Part shown: piece after piece, positions 30,062-39,819 of the stretch
Layout: each line of letters begins with the position of its first letter
How positions within the stretch are numbered: position 1 is the first letter of the stretch
Assembly: GCA_965222225.1 (NCBI GenBank)
Contig: CBDCTK010000002.1
Coordinates: 4,864,001 to 4,928,000, forward strand
DNA from: Candidatus Poribacteria bacterium
Lineage (GTDB): Bacteria > Poribacteria > WGA-4E > JAJDTR01
DNA: 64,000 bases
Direction: 5' to 3'
Notes under the pieces: generated by a model
What the model saw: only the letters and a program-made list of their open reading frames with translations
The model's database searches: none
What the model was told of the DNA's origin: nothing
Program-made: the position numbers and the translations under genes

Positions 30062-30196
30062 AAATGGGCTAGGACGATTACTTATCCGTCCAATGGACCT
30101 GACGACGGGTAGTTCCGTCTTCTCAATTATGTCGAGGTGATTGAACGATTGGTAAAGTAGAACGTCCTCTTACCCCATTCATGAGTTAAAACCACA

Positions 30197-30619
30197 ATGC
30201 ATGATGAAATGAACAACGCATTTGAATCGCTGTATTCGGATGATTCCTTTGCATTGGAATTGGGAAGATTCGTACTTTCTGCTAGCAGGTTCGAGGCAAT
30301 ACTGAAAAAGTTTCTCCAAGCAAAGGCCGATGGTTCAAAATTGGAGAAAGCGTCGATGGGTGGATTGTTGACGAAGTTGAAGAATTCTCAGTATATAGGC
30401 TGCACACTTGACTATCATCTGTCATTCATACTGCAACAACGAAACTATTTTGTTCACCAATTGTACGACCGGTTAACAGGTTTCACGTTGGACAGAACAG
30501 AAGTCAATCAGTTTCGCAATCGTGTGAAAGGTTTACAGGACGAGCTAGATAGTTTTGCCAAATTATTCGAAGAAGCTCTACAAAATCAAGCGGAAAAAGC
30601 TGCCGGAGTTGTCCAGTGA
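30197..30619 (+). CDS. Small HEPN-like protein
   Basis: All-helical; LG...S..FE..L; Rx4H motif RNYFVH. Confidence 0.55.
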   Translation: MHDEMNNAFESLYSDDSFALELGRFVLSASRFEAILKKFLQAKADGSKLEKASMGGLLTKLKNSQYIGCTLDYHLSFILQQRNYFVHQLYDRLTGFTLDRTEVNQFRNRVKGLQDELDSFAKLFEEALQNQAEKAAGVVQ

Positions 30620-30810
30620 CGCGGCATCCTACTACGGGGTGTGTGATTAACCCACGAATCACCGAACTCAAAGTCGCGGACTTTCAAAGACGTAAGCTCG
30701 TACACTGAAATATCAAACTTTGATCCGCTTGATGCAATGTACAAAAATTAGGAAATTTCCGCGAATCTGAGGTAAGAATACCTTAGATTATTCAGGGAGG
30801 ACTTCAAACT

Positions 30811-31476
30811 GTGGAATCAGCCAAGAACACAGGAAAAGGAGCACTGATTGAAAGAATACGAGACCTTATTGAGAACAAGGATATCGCCGACCCGTTAGTC
30901 TACCATGAAATTGACGCCCTAGTCCGGTCAGTTCTTTACGACACTCTCGGTGCCAACCATCCGCTCATGGCCAATCGAGATGGTGAGGACTTTTTTAAAT
31001 TCGTCGCCGCTGGTCGAGGCGTGATTCACCTATATGAGACAGATGAGCTGAGAAGTCATCCACTCGCAATCGCTCACGAGATTGAGGGAGATATTCTCGA
31101 CATCGCCGAGGAAAGGCTCAAAGCGTCCGAGAACAGCGAGGAACCAACGCAAAAGCAATTGCTCCTTGCGATTGCCGCATTTCTGACTGGTGCCGCTCTT
31201 GAAGACGCGTTGAGACGAATGTGCGACGCGCGTGGTCTAGATTACAATCGGCAGCACTCAACGATTTGTAAATTAAGTAGCTTGCTCTATCAACCGAAGG
31301 AAGGGATTAAGGTAATCACGGTATCCGAGAATGATTACCTCACCGCTTGGGCTAAGACGCGGAATAACGCCGACCATGGCCATTTTAACGAAATTACCCA
31401 AAAGGAAGTTAAGGGGATGATTGATGGTGTACGAGGATTTATTGATAAGCATCTCCTTTGGAAAAATGACAAATAA
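30811..31476 (+). CDS. DUF4145/HEPN-like protein
   Basis: GAALEDALRRMC and RNNADHG (Rx4H); RBS GGAGG before the GTG start. Confidence 0.7.
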   Translation: MESAKNTGKGALIERIRDLIENKDIADPLVYHEIDALVRSVLYDTLGANHPLMANRDGEDFFKFVAAGRGVIHLYETDELRSHPLAIAHEIEGDILDIAEERLKASENSEEPTQKQLLLAIAAFLTGAALEDALRRMCDARGLDYNRQHSTICKLSSLLYQPKEGIKVITVSENDYLTAWAKTRNNADHGHFNEITQKEVKGMIDGVRGFIDKHLLWKNDK

Positions 31477-31497
31477 CCAGCAACGAATACCTCACTC

Positions 31498-34400
31498 ATG
31501 ATAACAAAAACCAACTTGAAAGATGTGCTCAAATCGCTCGGTTTCACCGAGGACGGTGACGTTTCCCAAAAATCCATTGGTGAAGCGGACTTAAAAGTTG
31601 ATTTTGCCAGCCAGCAAGTCATTTACCCTGAAGATAAGGGGCTGATAGTCAATGAACGCCAAACGTGCAACTTCCGATCAAACGAGAATTTCGTCGTGTT
31701 TGAGTGTGTTCATCGACTTTTAGAAAAAGGATATAAGCCCAAACATTTAGAACTAGAACCTAAATGGCGAGTCGGACGCGGTCCAAGCGGTGGTCGGGCA
31801 GACATATTGGTAAAGGACCAAGAAAACAATCCACTGTTAATTATTGAATGCAAAACGCCAGGTCGTGAATTTGACAGGGCCTGGCGAGATACCCAAGAGA
31901 ACGGTGGCCAACTGTTCACGTACGCCCAACAAATCGCACAAACTCAATACCTATGCCTTTACGCGTCCAATTTAACGGAAAACGACATTCGCATCACCCA
32001 GAAATTAATCTCTCTTCGAGACAATGAGAAGATTCTAGAACAAGACAACACATTGCCATCCTTCAAAAAAGCAAATACTGTGGAAGAACGCTTTGCTGCT
32101 TGGCGTGATACCTACCAACTGGAAGCAACACAAGTTGGCATCTTCGAAGAAAACATCCAAGCCTATCAAATAGGCAAAGACCACTACACCTATGACCACG
32201 ACACTAAACCTATTGACGCTGAACAACAGAAAGGTCAATACCATGAGTTTCGAACCATCCTGAGACAACACAACATCGCTAGGCGGGAAAACGCTTTTGA
32301 AGTGCTTGTTAATCTGTTTTTGTGCAAACTCGTGGACGAAGAAGAGAACAAATCCAACCTAAAGTTTTATTGGAAAGGCATCGCTTATGACGATTACTAC
32401 GATTTTTTTGACAGACTGCAAAACCTTTTTCAAAAGGGCATGGATAAGTATCTCAAACAGAAAATCAGCTACATCAGCAACGACCAAATTGATTCCGTTT
32501 CTGGACAGTCAGAAACAAGCCAAATGCTACAAAGAAACAGATTCAAGCCTATTTTCGAGAACTCAAGTTTTTCACCAATTCAGCTTTTTCGTTGCTTGAT
32601 ACCCACAATGAAAAACTATTTCTCAAGAACGTCAAAGTTTTGTTACAGATTGTACAAATGTGGCAAGGTTTACGTCTCAAAACCGAGGGGCAAAATCAGT
32701 TCTTGGGCGACATGTTTGAACTATTTCTCGACGACGGTATCAAGCAATCCGAAGGTCAGTTTTTCACGCCTCTACCGATCTGTAAGTTCATTATTAGTTC
32801 TTTGCCACTCGCTCAGAAAATTGCAGGTAGTACAGAACCTATTAAAGCCATTGATTTTGCCTGTGGATCAGGGCATTTCCTAAATGAATACGCGCATCAA
32901 ATAGAGCCATTGGTGGATACACACGGAGGCAGTTTAAGCGACTATTACAGCCAAATCATAGGAGTTGAAAAAGAAGATCGCTTGGCAAAGGTTGCCAAGG
33001 TCGCCTCTTATATGCATGGACAAGAACATATTCGGATACTGGATGCTGACGCATTAGGTTCTCATGCCGAAATCCCACTAGGAACTTTTGATGTCTTGGC
33101 GGCGAATCCACCCTTTTCAGTGGATGGGTTTTTGCAAACTCTAAGCGACGAAGATAAAAAAAAGTTTGTGCTCATTCAAGCTATCGGTCAGAATTGGGAT
33201 ACCAATACCATTCAATGCTTCTTTATAGAACGGATGCAGCACTTGATGGCTCCCGGTGGTGTGGCTGGCGTTATTGTCCCTTCCAGCATTTTGTCTAATC
33301 CTAATGCGATTTATATCCAGACGCGAGAGTTACTTCTACAATTTTTTGATGTCGTAAGCATCGCCGAACTCGGCGGAGGCACCTTTGGCAAAACAACCAC
33401 TAATACGGTGGTTCTTTTTTTGAGACGTAAGGCTTACAAACCGGAAGCCGCCGAACACTACGCCAATCGAGTGAATGATGTTTTCGAAGGTGAATACGAC
33501 GACGTGTATCAAGATATGTACCTAATAGAGGCCTATTGCAGCCATATTGAAGTTCCTTTTGAACAATACACTAAGCTCTTCGCCCAAACCAGCCTAGATC
33601 CACTTACCGAGCTATTCCAGTACGACATTTTCAAGGCCTACCAGCAAGACTTTTACGAAAGCACAGAAATCAAAAACCGGAAAAAATCGAAGGCTTTCAA
33701 GAAATTAAAGGGGAAGGAGCAAGCCGCAGAACTCGAATCGCGTTTTATCGCTTACTTGCACGCAATTGAAAAAGACAAATTCTTGTATTTCATCCTGGCA
33801 TATCAGCAAGAAAACAGTGTGCTGATTGTCAATTCGCCGAATACGGACAAAGAACGAAAGCAATTCCTAGGCTACGGGTGGAGCGATGCCAAAGGAAATG
33901 AGGGCATAAAATACAACGTTGGTGAAACGGTCAACGATATTGTTACCCCCTTATTCGATCCGAGAGATTTTGACAATCAAATCAAAATCAACACAGCAAT
34001 TAGAAAGAACTTTAACGGCGAGCCCATTGACTTGCCCAAACATAGTCGCTATACTAAACTCGAAGACATGTTGGATTTTGGTCGCACCAATTTTCGCAAA
34101 GTCATTCATCTAAATCCAAAGGAGAAGATCGAAATCAAAACCCAGTGGTCACTGGCGAAGTTCGGTGAAATTTGCAAGCTACAGGGCGGCAACACGTTCC
34201 AAGAAATCTATCAAGGAAATACGGATTGTACACAGATACCTTTTTTCAAGGTATCTGATATGAACACTCCTGAGAATTATAAGTTCATGACAGTAGCTAA
34301 CAACTATGTGGATGCAACGGTCTTTACGAAACAGATTAGGGCAACACTGTTTGAAAGGCATTCCATTGTTTTTCCGAAAGTCGGAATGTCTATCCACACG

Positions 34401-35264
34401 GATAAGAAAAGAATTCTCGGTCATCCTAGTGGATTAGATAACAATATAATGGGCGTAACTGTAAAAGACCAAAATTCACTATTGCCCCTATTTTTGCTTG
34501 AAGTGTTTCAACAGTTCATTCGTCTGAGCGCAATTTCTTCAAATGCAAACCCTCCATCACTTTCAGAGGATAACCTCAGGCACGTAGAAATCCCTCTTCC
34601 CCCACTTGACGTCCAACAGTTGATTGTCGACGAATGCGATACGGTTGATAGGGAAACTGAAAATTTCCACCAGGTCCTCGCCACCACAAAACAGCGAATC
34701 CAGGATTTAGTTACTTCAGCCGAAAGAACATCAACGCTAAACCAAGTGGTATACCGCATACCGGACATTGTTAATCCGAAAGAAAAACAAGGCTACGTAA
34801 TCTATATCGGTTTAGAACACATTCAGAGTCAAACAGGCATCCTGTCAGGCGATCCCCGGTCTGATTTTTCCAAGATAGCGAGTAACAAAAATGTCTTTCG
34901 AGTCGGTGATATTCTGTATGGCAAGTTGAGACCTAATTTGAATAAGGTCTATTTGGCGAACATGGATGGAATTTGCTCAACAGACATACTTGTGCTTAGA
35001 CCATTTCAACCAACCGTTGGGGTGTTTTACAAGCACTTTTTTCTCTCTGAAGAATTTAACTCTGATGTGCTTAGGACTGTTATCGGCCAACAACTGCCGA
35101 GAACATCTTGGGAAGAAATTGAAAGAATTCCTGTTCCCGAGCCTGATGTTGGGTCTCAGTTAGTAGCAGAAATCAAACAATTGGAATCAGAAATTACCCA
35201 AGCTCAGGCGGTGATTGACAAAGCCGCCGAGAGGAAAAACGCCATCCTCGCGCACTATCTATAG
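31498..35264 (+). pseudogene. Fused type IIG-like restriction-modification enzyme (nuclease + N6-adenine MTase + two TRDs), one base missing near 32498
   Basis: GGRADIL...IIECK nuclease; GQFFTP, DFACGSGHFL, NPPF; two HsdS-like TRDs; frames join at gattccgtttctgg; repaired length 1255 aa. Confidence 0.85.
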
Positions 35265-35317
35265 GAGTTCCAATTGTCAAACTTTGCGAATCTCATCAAG
35301 CTCCTTTAGGTTTGTCC

Positions 35318-36199
35318 ATGACTGAAATCAACAACAATAAACACCGCAAACAGAACGAAGTATGCTACCAGACAATCGCTGAGTTTCTGGAAAAGACTCC
35401 TCCAAATCAACTTAGGCAGATATCGGACTTGGTGGCACCAGAATACGTAGGTGGTCAGTTCGGTTATTATACCAAATTAAACACTCGCACGCTGCAACTT
35501 TACTGTACACACGCCTCATGCACCCGAACAATGAATTTCCGTTGCATTGATATTTCAAACGACGCGAGACATTTTATGACAGATAAAGTTGCTTCATTCT
35601 ATATCACATATCAATGCTCAAATTGTCAAATAGAGCAAAAAGTGTTCTCTTTGGCAGCACGAATTTGCAGAATAGGAGAGCCTAAGGGCGAATGCTACAA
35701 ATACGGCGAATTTCCGCCGTATGGCCCCCATGTTCCTCCCAAACTTGTTAAGCTTGTTGGTTCCGAGCGTGACACCTTTATAAAGGGACACCGTTGCGAG
35801 GCACAGGGGCTTGGCATTGGTGCTTTTACCTATTATCGAAGGGTCGTAGAAAACAAAAAAAATAGTATTCTGGGAGAGATTGTCACAGTGTCGGAGAATA
35901 TGGGCGTACCTGAGGCTAAGATAAAAACATTGCGTGAAGCTATTAAAGAAACTCGGTTCAGTAAGGCGCTTGATTTGGCAAAGAATGTCATGCCCGAAAG
36001 TCTATTGATTGAAGGCCACAATCCGATGCGATTATTGTATCGTGCGCTAAGCAAGGGCGTGCATGAATTGACTGACGAGGAATGTTTGGTGCGTGCCAGT
36101 AGCGTGAGGGAGATATTGGGTGAACTATCTGAAAGGTTATCATTCTTATTGAAAAACAAAGCAGAACTGAAGAAGGCTGTTTCCACATTAACGCGATAG
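35318..36199 (+). CDS. Hypothetical protein with Cys-rich N-terminus and DUF4145/HEPN-like C-terminus
   Basis: CxxxxC and CxxC pairs; GAFTYYRRVVE, LSKGVHELTDEEC. Confidence 0.6.
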   Translation: MTEINNNKHRKQNEVCYQTIAEFLEKTPPNQLRQISDLVAPEYVGGQFGYYTKLNTRTLQLYCTHASCTRTMNFRCIDISNDARHFMTDKVASFYITYQCSNCQIEQKVFSLAARICRIGEPKGECYKYGEFPPYGPHVPPKLVKLVGSERDTFIKGHRCEAQGLGIGAFTYYRRVVENKKNSILGEIVTVSENMGVPEAKIKTLREAIKETRFSKALDLAKNVMPESLLIEGHNPMRLLYRALSKGVHELTDEECLVRASSVREILGELSERLSFLLKNKAELKKAVSTLTR

Positions 36200-36529
36200 T
36201 ATAGCAGTAAACAAAGGGACAGACTGTACTGAAAGCAACTACGCTATCCCTTTCTTGAGTTTAGTTGTCTTCCAGTATCACGGGTAATTGGCCAAGGCGC
36301 CGAGAGACCAAGAATTCTTATTTCGCAAACTATCTATGTAGACCTAATATATCCCATCAGCGGTAATTCTGTTACAAGCCGGTAATTCTAAATGGCTATT
36401 GCAGATTATAGTAACAGAGTAATGTGGGGTTTTGAGCGGTTTTCGCTGGTTCAAAGTCATCTCCCGAAGGTGAACAAACTCATGATTAAAAAATTAACAA
36501 CTTCCGTAGCCTTTGAAAGCGCCAGCGGC

Positions 36530-36581
36530 GGTCAAGTGACTGAACAGGGAACGCGATAGTAAATCCCGTGCGATAGAGAAC
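36530..36581 (+). repeat. Dispersed repeat, locus 4
   Basis: ggtcaagtgactgaacagggaacgcgatagtaaatccc then gtgcgatagagaac. Confidence 0.75.
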
Positions 36582-36775
36582 TTTAAGGTTGCACAATATC
36601 AGAAACCGCTGACGACTTTTTCAATAGTCAACCAAAAAGTTAGACAATCAAAATCTCTCCCTCCTTGCATTCAACGTTTGATTCACACCATTTGTTATGC
36701 TACTTAAATGTACAAAGTCGAGTTTAATTGGAATACATATGAGCTAACGATGTGTTCTCCTAATGCGGAAAGAGA

Positions 36776-38239
36776 ATGAAGAACATGGAAAAAGAGATAC
36801 CATTAAACAAGATTGACGATTACCGTTGGCGCATCCCGAAAAGCTATCAGGAAGGCATGCGCGTCGATGGGATTGTCTACGCAAATGAAAAACTGCTCCG
36901 ACAGGCAAAGAGCGACGAGGCACTGCAGCAAGTCGCAAATGTAGCGCATCTCCCCGGAATCGTCAAACACTCGCTAGCCATGCCGGATTTGCACTGGGGC
37001 TACGGCTTTGTAATCGGCGGTGTCGCTGCCACAGATCCTCGTGCGGATGGCGTTGTGTCGCCAGGTGGCATTGGGTACGACCTCAATTGCGGCGTGCGTC
37101 TGATCCGCACGAATATAAAGGCTTCCCAATTGAAGGGCAGGACTCGAAACCTCGTCGACAGACTTTTTGAGAATATCCCCTGCGGCGTCGGTTCTAGTGG
37201 CAAGATTCGCCTCTCAATTCAAGAAGAACAGAAGATGCTTGAGAAGGGATCTCGTTGGGCGATCGAACGGGGGTACGGCATACCTGAAGATCTCGGATTC
37301 ACGGAAGCGAACGGACGTCTCGCGTCTGCAGATGCTACCGCCGCGAGCAAACGCGCCCTTGAGCGCGGGAAGAATCAACTTGGCACACTCGGCTCGGGGA
37401 ATCATTTTCTGGAAGTGCAACTGGTAGACCGCATCCTTTATCGGGAGGCGGCGGATGCTATGGGCTTGACCGAAGGACAGGTTTGTGTGATGATTCATAC
37501 CGGATCGCGAGGTTTCGGCTATCAGGTTTGCGATGAGCATGTCAAGACGTGGGTTAAGGTCGCGCAAAAGTACGGCATTGACCTCCCTGACCGTCAACTG
37601 GCAGCTGCGCCAATTAACTCGCCGGAAGGGCAGGATTATCTTGCCGCGATGGCGTGCGGAGCCAACTATGCTTGGAATAATCGGCAGTGCATCACCCACT
37701 GGGTACGGCAAGTGTTCATGGATTTCTTCGACACCAGCCGAAATGAGCTAGGATTGGAATTGGTGTACGATGTGGCGCACAACATCGGTAAGTTTGAAAA
37801 ACACAAGGTTGATGGGGTTAAACGGGAACTGTTTGTGCATCGAAAGGGAGCAACACGCGCCTTCCCGGCGGGACACCCGGAAATTCCCGAGAAGTACAAG
37901 AAGATTGGCCAACCGGTTCTGATCCCCGGCGATATGGGGACTGCTTCCTATGTGCTCGTGGGAAGCCCAGCCGCGATGGAACAAACCTGGGGCACAACGT
38001 GCCACGGCGCGGGAAGAATGCTATCTCGTCGGAAGGCAATTGAAGCGACAAAGGGGCGGGCAATTGATCGAGAACTTGAAAAACAAGGCATTTTTGTGCG
38101 TGCCGAGGGTCGTCGAACCTTGCATGAGGAGGTCCCGGAAGCCTACAAAGATGTCGATGAAGTTGTCAAAGTGGTTGATGCAGCCGGGCTGTCACGGCGC
38201 GTCGCTCGGCTGCGTCCTATTGGTGTAATCAAGGGATAA
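36776..38239 (+). CDS. rtcB: RNA 2',3'-cyclic phosphate/5'-OH ligase RtcB
   Basis: MPDLHWGYG, GYDLNCG, LGSGNHFLE, HTGSRG, HRKGAT, HGAGR, EE.P.AYK. Confidence 0.96.
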   Translation: MKNMEKEIPLNKIDDYRWRIPKSYQEGMRVDGIVYANEKLLRQAKSDEALQQVANVAHLPGIVKHSLAMPDLHWGYGFVIGGVAATDPRADGVVSPGGIGYDLNCGVRLIRTNIKASQLKGRTRNLVDRLFENIPCGVGSSGKIRLSIQEEQKMLEKGSRWAIERGYGIPEDLGFTEANGRLASADATAASKRALERGKNQLGTLGSGNHFLEVQLVDRILYREAADAMGLTEGQVCVMIHTGSRGFGYQVCDEHVKTWVKVAQKYGIDLPDRQLAAAPINSPEGQDYLAAMACGANYAWNNRQCITHWVRQVFMDFFDTSRNELGLELVYDVAHNIGKFEKHKVDGVKRELFVHRKGATRAFPAGHPEIPEKYKKIGQPVLIPGDMGTASYVLVGSPAAMEQTWGTTCHGAGRMLSRRKAIEATKGRAIDRELEKQGIFVRAEGRRTLHEEVPEAYKDVDEVVKVVDAAGLSRRVARLRPIGVIKG

Positions 38240-38247
38240 TCGCCCAA

Positions 38248-39210
38248 TTACGCCTTGTAGAGATGCCTCACGTAACTTTGATAGCCGTTAAACATGTCCG
38301 TCGATCGACGCTCGCCAGTGCCAATCATACGTTCCGATGCTTGCGACCAGCGAGGATGAGGAACGGTCGGATTCACATTTGCCCAAAAATCGTATTCTCG
38401 TGGCGCCAACGTGTTCCAGAAGGTGCGCGGCTTACGTTTGGTGAATTCGATACTGACAATCGACTTGATGCTCTTGAAACCGTATTTCCACGGTACAATC
38501 AGACGGATCGGAGCGCCGTGTTGTTTGGGGAGAACATGACCGTAAATGCCTGTAGCAAGCAAGGTAAGTTCGTTCATTGCCTCTTCAATGGTCAATCCCT
38601 CAAAATAGGGCCACGGCAAACGACCTTGCTTCTGTTGAGGTGCTTCGTTTGGACGAAGGAATGTGAGCATTTTCACGTATTTCGCAGATGACTTGGGCTG
38701 CACCAAATTGACCAACTCCTTCATGGGAAAGCCGATCCACGGCACCACCATCGCCCACGCCTCGACGCAGCGAAAGCGGTAGATCCGTTCTTCAAGGGGC
38801 ATTTTCTTGACGAGGTCGCTGATGTCGACCGTCATTGGATTTTCTACCTGTCCCGTGATTTCAATCTCCCACGGGCGTGTCTGAAACTTGTCGACCAATT
38901 TCCACACGCGATCTTTGGTGGACGTGAATTCATAAAAATTGTTGTAAGACCCGGCAACAACCTCATCGGTAAACTCAGCATCCACGGTAAAGTTTTCATT
39001 GTGTGGCACATCAATTTTCTGTGCTTGTGCTTCCTTGAGTTGCTCCTCCACACCTTTTCCCTGTGCCCAAGCGCAGCCGTTCATTAACGTCAGTGCGCCA
39101 GCCCCCGCCAAGCCCATATTCTTCATAAACTCGCGTCGGCTAACGTAATCCGATTCCGGCGTTACTTGGTTTTCAGGAATCTCCCATCCTTTGGGAATTT
39201 TAATCAGCAT
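38248..39210 (-). CDS. msrP: Protein-methionine-sulfoxide reductase catalytic subunit
   Basis: Tat motif SRREFMK, YNNFYEF, RCVEAW, PWKYGFKSIKSI, HPRWSQASER. Confidence 0.95.
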   Translation of the reverse strand: MLIKIPKGWEIPENQVTPESDYVSRREFMKNMGLAGAGALTLMNGCAWAQGKGVEEQLKEAQAQKIDVPHNENFTVDAEFTDEVVAGSYNNFYEFTSTKDRVWKLVDKFQTRPWEIEITGQVENPMTVDISDLVKKMPLEERIYRFRCVEAWAMVVPWIGFPMKELVNLVQPKSSAKYVKMLTFLRPNEAPQQKQGRLPWPYFEGLTIEEAMNELTLLATGIYGHVLPKQHGAPIRLIVPWKYGFKSIKSIVSIEFTKRKPRTFWNTLAPREYDFWANVNPTVPHPRWSQASERMIGTGERRSTDMFNGYQSYVRHLYKA

Positions 39211-39300
39211 ATTTACACGCAACCTTTCCTAATACTATTTCGCGTCATTAAATAATAGTGCGTATGATGCTCAATTGTATCATTCTCTTTCTCCGTAGGC

Positions 39301-39460
39301 GGGCATCAAACGACCGAAAAGGGAGTGCAATAGAGATCCCCTTGCCCGCCTTGCGCAGTGACAAAGCACCTTACACCACTCTACACAAGTTTCTTTACTT
39401 GATCTGCGCAATCAATGCACTTGAATATTCGAGAAATGGTATAAAAATACATGCAACGGT
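39301..39460 (+). repeat. Dispersed repeat, locus 5, plus a ~120-bp tail shared with 60596-60720
   Basis: gggcatcaaacgaccgaaaagggagtgcaatagagatccc, then core gtttctttacttgatctgcgcaatcaatgcact...atggtataaaaa. Confidence 0.8.
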
Positions 39461-39577
39461 TCTCGGAATACCGTTCGGCTCCCGCGTTCTTGCACACGTC
39501 TACACACACTTGACACAGAAATGTTCCGGCAGTAGGTTTGGTTGTATGGTCAATACAACTAAAAATCTTACATTTCT

Positions 39578-39600
39578 GTAGGAGCAAAACTCGCTCCTAC
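39578..39600. repeat. GTAG-type REP palindrome
   Basis: GTAGGAGC-aaaactc-GCTCCTAC. Confidence 0.6.
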
Positions 39601-39722
39601 AGTAGGCTTGCCACAACAATCTTCAATCGTCATATCGCCCATCTCTATTCTACCAACGGGACGACGTATGAAAACCGGGGATTTAGGTTCATATAACGCT
39701 GATAGTGAATCATGAAATTTGT

Positions 39723-39751
39723 TTGACAGAGCACCTCTGACAAGGTACTAT
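39723..39751 (+). promoter_or_regulatory. sigma70 promoter for dppA
   Basis: TTGACA-N17-TACTAT. Confidence 0.7.
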
Positions 39752-39819
39752 TTTTGGTTGAAGCCGACCTTATTTTCTAACAACATAACGAGATTTGTCA
39801 ACTGCAAAGGAGCCAAACT

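Noticed and set aside
22720-36199. Integron cassette array
   Set aside because: Genes are co-oriented and ATCTAAC occurs at the rnhA stop, but I found no paired RYYYAAC...GTTRRRY attC sites and no integrase.
36200-36775. tRNA-like or Y RNA upstream of rtcB
   Set aside because: No cloverleaf or T-arm GTTCRA motif recognised; only repeat locus 4 and short GGTAATT repeats.
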